From contig CAZGUZ010000004.1 in NCBI GenBank assembly GCA_964529025.1, positions 4,805 through 68,804 of the forward strand: a DNA stretch of 64,000 nucleotides, given 5' to 3'. The translations under genes were made by a program, and so were the position numbers. The notes below the pieces were generated by a model. The model was not told the DNA's origin. It was given only the letters and a program-made list of their open reading frames with translations, and did no database searches. Source of the stretch: an uncultured Candidatus Saccharibacteria bacterium (GTDB lineage: Bacteria; Patescibacteriota; Minisyncoccia; Phycocordibacterales; PALSA-1337). This document shows, piece by piece, positions 56,188-64,000 of the stretch. Numbering within the stretch: position 1 is the stretch's first letter; each line of letters begins with the position of its first letter.

Positions 56188-58392
56188 CTATTCCTTCTTT
56201 GGGGCTTTGCGAGCAAATCTACCTTTTCGCACAGCTTTTGGTTCACTGAATATTTCGAGGGCTCGCTTAAGTTCGATGGTGTATACATCGTCCTTTTTGA
56301 GTGACCTAAAATCACCATCGTGCACAACATATGGACCAAAGCGGCCATTATTAGCAGTTATTGTCTTGTGGGTTTCTGGGTGCTCTCCTAAAACTCGAGG
56401 GAGACTCAAAAATTTAAGTGCATCGGCAAGGGTAACACTTGCTATTTCGACACCGCGTGGTATAGAAGCCATTTTGGGCTTAGTTGCTTTTTCAGCTTTA
56501 CTTGCTGTTTTCTCTGCACGAGTACCAAGCTGAACATACGGTCCATATTTACCGACAAGTACAAAAATTGGTAGGCCGGTAGCAGGGTCAAAACCGAGTG
56601 GTTCATCTTTTTTAATTTCGGTTCCATCAAGCATGAGGGCTCCTGTACAATCGGGATAATTACTGCAAGAAAGAAACTTTCCATTGCGGCCAAGTTTAAT
56701 TACCATATGCTTTCCGCAAGTAGGACATTTAAACTTTGGATCAGCATCGCCAAGATGCGTTGCTTTTTCAAGCTTTTCTTTACTTTTTACCTCTTTAAGG
56801 AATGGCTTATAGAATTCTGAAAGTGTTTTTTCGTACTCTTTTTCACCATGTGCTATATGGTCGAGTTTGTCTTCCATTTCGGCAGTAAAGGTGTCGCTAA
56901 TGTATGTTGGAAAATTTTCTTCAAGGAAAGTTGATACGACTTCGCCAGTATCAGTGGGGAAGAGAGTTTTGCCTTCTTTAGTTACGTACTCGCGCTCAAT
57001 AATTGTATTGATGATTGAAGCATAGGTGGAAGGTCGCCCAATACCACGCTTTTCAAGTTCGTGTACAAGGCCGGCTTCAGTATAGCGTGACGGTGGCTCG
57101 GTTTGCTTTTCAATGTCGGTAATTGAAAGCAGGGTAAGTTTCTCACCCTCTGTTACTTTTGGTAGGGTAACTTCTTCGCCTTGAGCATCGGGGTCAGCTT
57201 TAAGCCAACCGTCGAATAGTATGCGGTTACCGTTGGCAGTAAAGTCGGGAGTTTCTGCAGCACCTGTTATACGCGCAACAATTTTTGTACGCATGATTGA
57301 AGCATCGGCCATTTGTGAAGCTATGGTTCGTTGCCAGATGAGTTTGTACAGACTTTTTTGCTCATCGGTAAAACCGGCAGATAATTTACTAAGGTCAGTA
57401 GGACGAATTGCCTCGTGAGCTTCCTGCGCATTTTTACTCTTTGCAGCAAAAGTATTTTCGGCATGATACTGCGCTCCATACATTGATTTAATTACAGTTG
57501 CAGCTTGCGCAATTGCAACTTTACTCAATGTTGTACTGTCGGTACGCATATAAGTAATTGCTCCAGCTTCATAGAGCTTTTGCGCAATTGACATGGTTTT
57601 TGAAGGAGAGTAGCCAAGTCGTGTGCTTGCAACCTGCTGGAGTGTTGAAGTAATAAAAGGAGCTCGCGCACTACGTGAGACTTTTGACTCTTGAATTGCT
57701 GCCACTTGCCAGTCGTTAGTCTGAGCAGCTTTGAGAATTTTTTCTACAATATCGCGTGATCGGGGCTCTTCTGTAGCAGTTACCAAGAGTTCTGCTCCAG
57801 CTTGTGTTTTAGTTTTTGCTTGCAAAACCCAGTATGTCTCGGGAATAAATGCTTTAATTTCGCGTTCACGCTCGACAATAATACGGAGGGCTGGTGATTG
57901 TACTCGCCCAGCAGAAAGGCCATAGCGGACTTTTTTCCAAATAACTCCAGAAAGATCGTAGCCTACTAGTCGATCGAGTACACGTCGTGCCTCTTGAGCT
58001 TTACGCAAGTTTGTATCAATGGCTCGAGGGTGAGCAATTGCATCTAAAATAGCGTCTTTAGTAATTTCGTGAAAAGTAATTCTTTTTGGGTGCTTGAGGT
58101 TTGCACTTTCGGCAATGTGCCAGGCTATAGCTTCACCTTCGCGGTCGGGGTCGGTTGCAAGGTAAACGGTGTCAGCTTTTTTTGCGAGTTTTTGAATATT
58201 TGCAATGATATCTTCTTTTCCGGGTGATACTACATATCGAGGCGCAAAGCCATTTTCTATGTCTATTGCTGTCTTATTACTCTTAGGTAAATCACGAATG
58301 TGACCCACAGATGCAGTAACAGTGTACCCAGATCCAAGATAGGTGCTGAGCTTTTTAACTTTAGAGGGTGACTCCACAATTACAAGTTTCAT
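56188..58392 (-). CDS. topA: DNA topoisomerase I
   Basis: IVESPSK, ATDPDREGEAI, SAGRVQS, ITYMRTDS, GIGRPST; zinc ribbon and C-terminal repeats. Confidence 0.97.
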   Translation of the reverse strand: MKLVIVESPSKVKKLSTYLGSGYTVTASVGHIRDLPKSNKTAIDIENGFAPRYVVSPGKEDIIANIQKLAKKADTVYLATDPDREGEAIAWHIAESANLKHPKRITFHEITKDAILDAIAHPRAIDTNLRKAQEARRVLDRLVGYDLSGVIWKKVRYGLSAGRVQSPALRIIVEREREIKAFIPETYWVLQAKTKTQAGAELLVTATEEPRSRDIVEKILKAAQTNDWQVAAIQESKVSRSARAPFITSTLQQVASTRLGYSPSKTMSIAQKLYEAGAITYMRTDSTTLSKVAIAQAATVIKSMYGAQYHAENTFAAKSKNAQEAHEAIRPTDLSKLSAGFTDEQKSLYKLIWQRTIASQMADASIMRTKIVARITGAAETPDFTANGNRILFDGWLKADPDAQGEEVTLPKVTEGEKLTLLSITDIEKQTEPPSRYTEAGLVHELEKRGIGRPSTYASIINTIIEREYVTKEGKTLFPTDTGEVVSTFLEENFPTYISDTFTAEMEDKLDHIAHGEKEYEKTLSEFYKPFLKEVKSKEKLEKATHLGDADPKFKCPTCGKHMVIKLGRNGKFLSCSNYPDCTGALMLDGTEIKKDEPLGFDPATGLPIFVLVGKYGPYVQLGTRAEKTASKAEKATKPKMASIPRGVEIASVTLADALKFLSLPRVLGEHPETHKTITANNGRFGPYVVHDGDFRSLKKDDVYTIELKRALEIFSEPKAVRKGRFARKAPKKE

Positions 58393-58502
58393 TGTGTACA
58401 GTATTACACGGTTTTTTAAAAAAGTGCAATTTCTGTGGTCAAATATGTGAATAAACTCACATGAAATGTCGGTGATGTGTGCCGCTATTATATCGGTGCA
58501 GA

Positions 58503-59417
58503 CTAGTTTGATAGAGGGGTACGAGCTAATTCATACTGACCAGCACTGAGTGTAATTATTCCTTTAAGCTCAAGGTTGAGGAGTGTTTCGTATATATCGT
58601 GCTCTGCCAAAAACTTTTGTTGTTCAAGAGTTTGCACAATTAAATTGAGTGATGCTGGACCATTTTTAAGAATGCTGACGATAGCTACACTCAAGGGGTC
58701 GGTGTTTTGAGTAGATGTAGAGTTTGAGACTTTGTGTCGGGTAACTTTTTGCTTAAGGCACGGATGCTCAAGAATATAGGTTCGCAATGTTTCAATGCTT
58801 GTAACTGGTGTTGCTCCATGTTTAATTAAGTTATGAGTACCATGTGAAAGGGGCGAGAATATAGAGCCAGGGACAGCAAAAATGTCGCGGTTAAATTCAA
58901 GGGCATGAAAAGCAGTAATTAGACTACCGCTTTTGTGGTCAGCTTCGATAATTACAACTGCATGGCAAAGTGCCGCCATGAGTTTATTACGTACAGGAAA
59001 CATCCAAGGCTGGCTTTGAGCATCGGGCTCGAACTGTGTTACCAAGGTACCACCACGATCAGTAATACTTTGAGCAAGCGATGCCGAAGCGCGCGGGTAA
59101 ATTACAGTACTCTTTATGCCAGAGCCAGGTACACCAATTGCAGGTATTTGAGCGTCGACAGCTGCTTGTAACGCATATGAATCAATGCCATATGCCAAAC
59201 CCGATATAATAGTGCAGGGTAAATCAGCTAATGCTTGCACTAATTCATATGTAACACGCTTGCCATATTCTGTAGGTCTACGAGAGCCTACAATGCAAAT
59301 ACAAATCCTATCATGTAAGAGCTGGGTCAAATGCGGGGCTGAGCTGTAAATATATGGCGGTGGGCCAATTGCTGTTTGAATGCGAATGGGTAGGGCTTCG
59401 AGTGGTATTTTGTGCAT
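58503..59417 (-). CDS. dprA: DNA-processing protein DprA
   Basis: IVGSRRPTEYG, ISGLAYGID, FPVRN, SGSLITA, FAVPG. Confidence 0.93.
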   Translation of the reverse strand: MHKIPLEALPIRIQTAIGPPPYIYSSAPHLTQLLHDRICICIVGSRRPTEYGKRVTYELVQALADLPCTIISGLAYGIDSYALQAAVDAQIPAIGVPGSGIKSTVIYPRASASLAQSITDRGGTLVTQFEPDAQSQPWMFPVRNKLMAALCHAVVIIEADHKSGSLITAFHALEFNRDIFAVPGSIFSPLSHGTHNLIKHGATPVTSIETLRTYILEHPCLKQKVTRHKVSNSTSTQNTDPLSVAIVSILKNGPASLNLIVQTLEQQKFLAEHDIYETLLNLELKGIITLSAGQYELARTPLSN

Positions 59418-59518
59418 AATTTGATACTATTAGAGAATAATAACTATAGTCTGTCATTGATAGATAAATTGTTAATCAATTATTCTTCAATGAAAGATAA
59501 AAAACTTGAGAGAAAACC

Positions 59519-60796
59519 ATGCTCGACATAAAATTTATCCGTGAAAATAAAGAGTTGATTGCCCAAGGTGCACAGAAAAAGCGCATTAAATTTGATGTTG
59601 AAGCTCTCATTTCTCTTGATACAGAACGCCGCGACCTTTTAACTAAAGTCGAGAATCAGCGTGCAGAACAAAATGCTGCCACTGAAAAGATTTCTCAAGC
59701 ACAAGATCAGACTGAACGAGCACGGCTCATTGATTCAATGAAGATCCTCAAAGAAACTCTTCAGGCCGACGAAGAAAAGCTCAAAGAGGTCATGAAAAAG
59801 TGGCAAGCACTCATGCTCGAAGTGCCCAACATTCCTGACATTTCAGTTCCTGAAGGTGAATCAGATGCCGATAATCGAGAAGAGCGTGTATGGGGAACTC
59901 AGCCTACAATGAATTTTGAGCCTAAAGACCATATAGAAATTATGGAAAAGCTCGACATTGTTGATTTTGAGCGCGGTGTTAAGGTGGCAGGTTTCCGAGG
60001 ATATTTCCTTAAGGGCCTTGGAGCGCAACTTGAACTTGCTGTGTGGAATTTAGCTGTTGATATGCTTACTCGTCGAGGCTATCAGCTTATTATTGCTCCA
60101 TCTCGTGTTCGCCGAGAATCTTTTGTAGGGACAGGTATGATTCCGCAAAGCGAAGAGGATCTTTATAAAGTTGGCGAAAATGAATATTTGGCTGGTACTG
60201 CCGAGGTTCCAACAATGGGGTACCACATGAATGAAACTCTCGCAGCAACTGATTTGCCTAAAAAGTATTTGGCTTTTTCTCCTTGTTTTCGTGCAGAAGC
60301 CGGAAAGCACGGTAAAGATGTTAAGGGTCTGATTCGAGTGCATGAATTCTTCAAGATGGAACAAGTTATTTTATGTGAAGCAAGTCATGCAGAAAGTGTT
60401 CGCCTCCACGAAGAGCTTACGCAGAATGCAGAAGATATTATGCAGGCACTTAAGTTGCACTACCATGTTGTGGTTAATTGTGGTGCTGATCTTGGTTTAG
60501 GGCAAGTTAAAAAATACGACATTGAGGCTTGGATGCCATCACAAAAGAAATTCCGCGAAACACATTCTTCATCATATTTCCACGATTTCCAAACTCGCCG
60601 ACTCAACATTCGCTACAAAGATGCTGAGGGAAAAATTCGCTATACACACTCACTCAATAATACGGCGGTTGCAACACCTCGAATTCTTGCATGTATCATA
60701 GAAAACTATCAGCAAGCTGACGGCAGCGTTATTATTCCCGAAGTATTGCGCCCATATATGGGAGGCGCAACCGTTATTACTCCGCGAGCAAATTAA
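59519..60796 (+). CDS. serS: Serine--tRNA ligase
   Basis: MLDIKFIREN, GTAEVP, CFRAEAG, RVHEF.K.EQ, HSLNNT. Confidence 0.97.
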   Translation: MLDIKFIRENKELIAQGAQKKRIKFDVEALISLDTERRDLLTKVENQRAEQNAATEKISQAQDQTERARLIDSMKILKETLQADEEKLKEVMKKWQALMLEVPNIPDISVPEGESDADNREERVWGTQPTMNFEPKDHIEIMEKLDIVDFERGVKVAGFRGYFLKGLGAQLELAVWNLAVDMLTRRGYQLIIAPSRVRRESFVGTGMIPQSEEDLYKVGENEYLAGTAEVPTMGYHMNETLAATDLPKKYLAFSPCFRAEAGKHGKDVKGLIRVHEFFKMEQVILCEASHAESVRLHEELTQNAEDIMQALKLHYHVVVNCGADLGLGQVKKYDIEAWMPSQKKFRETHSSSYFHDFQTRRLNIRYKDAEGKIRYTHSLNNTAVATPRILACIIENYQQADGSVIIPEVLRPYMGGATVITPRAN

Positions 60797-60811
60797 ATCG
60801 CAAAATTTTCT

Positions 60812-61726
60812 ATGTGTGCTCGTACATTACAATCTCCACAGCGTGCTCAACAAGTAAAGATTCGCCAAGGAATTGTATTCGGTAGTTTTTTTGTACTCGC
60901 CGTGCTACTTATTGGCGGGGTAGTGAGCTTATTGCGTAGCGACATCCTTAACATTGCAAAACTCGATGTTATTGGCGCTCGCAGTATTAATACTGAGCAA
61001 ATTTCACTCGAGATTGAAAAATTCTTTGATGAGAACGCTTCTTTATTTGCTCACGAACGCAGCTGGGTTGCTTTTTCGAGTAAAGGCCTCGCTAATTATC
61101 TTGAGACAGCATTGCCTGTTGTCGAAGATGTCACGGTTGAGCGCAATGGTTTGGGATCAATAACGGTAACACTTAATGAACGTCAGCCATATGCACAGAT
61201 GTGTTCTGTGTCAGGAAACGCTCTTATTGTTCCGTGTTTCCATATCGATGCTCAAGGAGTAATTTTTGGACAAATTGCAGAGCAGGGTGCAGAAAGCCTC
61301 AACGCCTCATCGACGGTAGCCATGAATATTGAGCCGGCGCATATTAAGGTCGGTTTTTCTGATTTTATTCCAAGCCTGCCCGAAGATCAAAAGCCACAGC
61401 AATTTAACCCCCACATTTGGGAAGGAATAACCAATACAATTACAACTTTTGATAGTTACGGACTCATTATTGATTCAGTGCTCGTAGTGTCGTCGACAAC
61501 GGTTCGTATTGATGTCGGTTCTTTTGTAATAAAAGCGCCGCTCTTTGGTGAGTTTGGTCCTGCAAAAGCGGCCGAAAATGTTGCAGCACTCCTTATTCAA
61601 AAATTTAATTGGCATAAAGGCATGCCATTGCCACAGCTCGATTATATTGACGCTCGATACGGTAATGCACTATTTTATCGCACAATTGGAGGTTCTTCAT
61701 ATGAACAAAGTGCTGAAAGTCTCTAG
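60812..61726 (+). CDS. FtsQ/DivIB-like POTRA-domain protein
   Basis: TM, POTRA-like segment, L.ERQP, C-terminal LDYIDARYGN.LFY. Confidence 0.7.
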   Translation: MCARTLQSPQRAQQVKIRQGIVFGSFFVLAVLLIGGVVSLLRSDILNIAKLDVIGARSINTEQISLEIEKFFDENASLFAHERSWVAFSSKGLANYLETALPVVEDVTVERNGLGSITVTLNERQPYAQMCSVSGNALIVPCFHIDAQGVIFGQIAEQGAESLNASSTVAMNIEPAHIKVGFSDFIPSLPEDQKPQQFNPHIWEGITNTITTFDSYGLIIDSVLVVSSTTVRIDVGSFVIKAPLFGEFGPAKAAENVAALLIQKFNWHKGMPLPQLDYIDARYGNALFYRTIGGSSYEQSAESL

Positions 61727-61749
61727 ATAATTTAGTGTACAATAGTACT

Positions 61750-62685
61750 ATGCGCAGAAAGAATCCCTACAAGTCTATAGTCTTCCAATATGTACTCTTT
61801 TCTTGTGCGGCAATTTTTGCTGGCTTCGCTGGTACCTACTTTGTTGTTAAAGTGGCTTCGCTCAACCAACTTTTTGCTCGCATTCCGCGCTCTTTTAATA
61901 TTTTTGAACGAACCGAAGAGGTGACTCACCGAGAAATAGCTGGGGGAAGACTTGGTCTATTAGCTCAAGCATACATTGTTAAGCGACTCGATACGGGGGA
62001 AATTTTGTATGAATACAATCCCGATAAAGTTTTGCCTATTGCTTCAGTTACAAAGCTTGTTACGGCAGTTGTTGCACGCGAGGCTCTTGATCTAGATTCA
62101 CGCGTTACGATCGATGACAATATTCTTGCAACCGAAGGTGTTGCCGGTAACTTACGAAGAGGTGAGAGTCTACGAGTTCGAGAGCTCATGTACCCACTCC
62201 TCATGGTTTCAAGTAATGATGCTGCCGAGGCTATTGCCCGAGCACAGTCACGATCTGATTTCATTGCACTTATGAATCGCTGGGTTCGCAGTATTGGTGC
62301 TACGCAAACAACTTTTGATGATCCTTCAGGATTATCACCACGCAATACATCATCGGCTCGAGATGTTTTGGCAATTCTCGAAAAGATTTCTACTTCATAC
62401 GATGGAATTATCGATATTACTCGGCTCAAAACTTTTACGGTACGCTCACATGTTTGGCAGAATCCAACATCGTTTCTTAATTTAAGTCAGTACCAAGGTG
62501 GCAAGAATGGATATACCGAAGAAGCCGATCGAACCGCCGCTCTATTGTTCGGTATTCCTGCTCAAAAGTATGGCGATGAATCAGAGACGGTTCCCATTGC
62601 TGTTGTTATCTTAAAAAGTAGTGATCGCTCAAAAGATGTGCTCAAAATACTCGATACACTTGAGAAAGACTTCGGAGTGCGCTAA
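61750..62685 (+). CDS. D-alanyl-D-alanine carboxypeptidase (peptidase S11)
   Basis: IASVTK (SxxK), SSN, DPSGL, GKNG (KTG-like). Confidence 0.88.
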   Translation: MRRKNPYKSIVFQYVLFSCAAIFAGFAGTYFVVKVASLNQLFARIPRSFNIFERTEEVTHREIAGGRLGLLAQAYIVKRLDTGEILYEYNPDKVLPIASVTKLVTAVVAREALDLDSRVTIDDNILATEGVAGNLRRGESLRVRELMYPLLMVSSNDAAEAIARAQSRSDFIALMNRWVRSIGATQTTFDDPSGLSPRNTSSARDVLAILEKISTSYDGIIDITRLKTFTVRSHVWQNPTSFLNLSQYQGGKNGYTEEADRTAALLFGIPAQKYGDESETVPIAVVILKSSDRSKDVLKILDTLEKDFGVR

Positions 62686-62696
62686 TCTCGTACATA

Positions 62697-63881
62697 ATGA
62701 AACTAGGATCAATCATACATACCCTATGTAAGTATTGGGCAAAAGTGTTGCCAGGGAATAGTGCTTTACATAAGCCACAAACTCCACCACACGATAATCA
62801 TGGCTTTTGGAAAGATCTTCCTGCTGGTTTTTGTGTTCTTGCACCTATGGCCGATGTTACCGATGCTGCCTTTAGACGAATGATAGCAAAATATAGTCGA
62901 ATGGGAGCCAAAGGAGGCGGTCCACATGTTATGTGGACAGAGTTCGTATCAGCAGATGGACTTGCTTCGCGTGGGCGAGAGGTATTGTTACGTGATTTAG
63001 CATTTACGCCAGCAGAGCGACCTATTGTTGCTCAGCTCTTTACTTCGAATCCAGACAATATGAAGTTTGCTGCACGTTTAGTGAGCGAGCTGGGCTTTGA
63101 TGGAATTGACATAAATATGGGTTGCCCTGATAAGAGTATTGAAAAGCAGGGTGCAGGAGCTGCAATGATTAAAAACCCTGAGCTTGCTCAAAAAATTATT
63201 CGCGCAGCACAACAAGGTGCGCGTGAATATGCTGATGAACATGGTACACAGCCAATTCCTGTGTCAGTTAAAACTCGCGTTGGATATAGCAAGGTTGAAA
63301 TCGATCGTTGGATTCCACAAATTTTAAGTATGAATATTGCTGCTCTTACGATACATGCTCGTACTCGTAAGGATCTTTCATTAGTTCCTGCAAATTGGGA
63401 TTATGTTCGTAGTGTAGTTGCGCTTCGAAATTCTAGTACTGTTCTTAATGCACAAGGTATTGCTGTTCCTTGTACAACACGCATTATTGGTAACGGTGAT
63501 GTAACAACACTTGCTCAAGCTGCGCAGCGCGTTGCAGAGACCGGTTGCGATGGTGTTATGATTGGTCGCGGAATTTTTGGTAGCCCATGGTTTTTTGACT
63601 CTGAGTTTAATGCGAGTTCAATGCAAACAATACGCGAACGCTTACTTATTATGGTTGAGCATACAAAGCTTTATGCTGAGCTTCTTGGTGATGTAAAGAA
63701 TTTTGCAATTATGAAAAAGCACTATAAAGCATACGTGCATGGTTGGCATGGAGCAAAAGACTTTAGAATAAAGCTCATGGAGGCACAAAATGTTGCCGAT
63801 GTTGAGCGTTGTGTTAATGAATATTGTGCAGCAGAACCAGAACTCGTTGGTCAAAAACTTTCAAACTTTGGTATACTATAG
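62697..63881 (+). CDS. tRNA-dihydrouridine synthase
   Basis: LAPMADVTD, DINMGCP, SVKTR, HART, GNGD, GVMIGRG. Confidence 0.93.
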   Translation: MKLGSIIHTLCKYWAKVLPGNSALHKPQTPPHDNHGFWKDLPAGFCVLAPMADVTDAAFRRMIAKYSRMGAKGGGPHVMWTEFVSADGLASRGREVLLRDLAFTPAERPIVAQLFTSNPDNMKFAARLVSELGFDGIDINMGCPDKSIEKQGAGAAMIKNPELAQKIIRAAQQGAREYADEHGTQPIPVSVKTRVGYSKVEIDRWIPQILSMNIAALTIHARTRKDLSLVPANWDYVRSVVALRNSSTVLNAQGIAVPCTTRIIGNGDVTTLAQAAQRVAETGCDGVMIGRGIFGSPWFFDSEFNASSMQTIRERLLIMVEHTKLYAELLGDVKNFAIMKKHYKAYVHGWHGAKDFRIKLMEAQNVADVERCVNEYCAAEPELVGQKLSNFGIL

Positions 63882-63883
63882 GC

Positions 63884-64000
63884 ATGAAATCTTCAACAAA
63901 TTCTCGCACTGCCGAACCTCAAACTCATATAACCTTATACCGTAAGTACCGCCCACAAAAGTTTAATGATGTTAAAGGGCAAGATCATATTGTTGATGTT
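63884..64000 (+). CDS. dnaX: DNA polymerase III gamma/tau subunit, 3'-partial
   Basis: Manual translation gives ...TLYRKYRPQKFNDVKGQDHIV, the DnaX N-terminal signature. Confidence 0.85.
   Translation, partial: MKSSTNSRTAEPQTHITLYRKYRPQKFNDVKGQDHIVDV

Noticed and set aside
1-64000. Alternative genetic code 25 (TGA=Gly), CRISPR arrays, rRNA, introns, transposases
   Set aside because: Core genes are intact under code 11, and no regularly spaced repeats, rRNA-like sequence or transposase/RT motifs were seen.

Overview
This 64 kb window is chromosomal DNA from a reduced-genome bacterium. Gene content and style point to Patescibacteria/CPR, Parcubacteria-like (inference): an array of short VirB2/TrbC-like pilins, short IF-2, many apparently leaderless genes, and code 11 with TGA as stop. 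Most of it is housekeeping: trxB, ftsZ, ftsA, ybeY, rpsU, lepB, pth, rpsA, gyrA, rbfA, infB, clpB, uppP, hisS, truB, typA, alr, rpmG, miaA, parB, topA, dprA, serS, a dus gene, partial dnaX and seven tRNAs. Accessory material sits at 1-3 kb and 24-27 kb, and as solitary orphan genes with their own promoters and terminators. The main unexplained signal is a family of four structured non-coding elements at 1353-1456, 2210-2305, 27023-27140 (minus) and 36039-36207. They share the core AG(C/A)CGGA-hairpin-AG(G/T)CGGG...GG(T/C)CG-hairpin-GTGACC, and their outer arm is antisense to a tRNA 3' end. At tRNA-Leu(TAA) and tRNA-Tyr the geometry is identical: a perfect 21-bp inverted copy of that tRNA's own T-loop/acceptor end after a 32-nt hairpin spacer. 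Other notable items are a promoter- and terminator-bounded ~290-nt multi-hairpin ncRNA candidate, a 354-bp identical pilin duplication forming a chimera, a 187-bp tandem duplication at alr, a C8A8-frameshifted PEP-CTERM-like gene and a membrane PH-Schlafen/AlbA fusion. All calls come from reading the sequence; no searches or folding programs were run.
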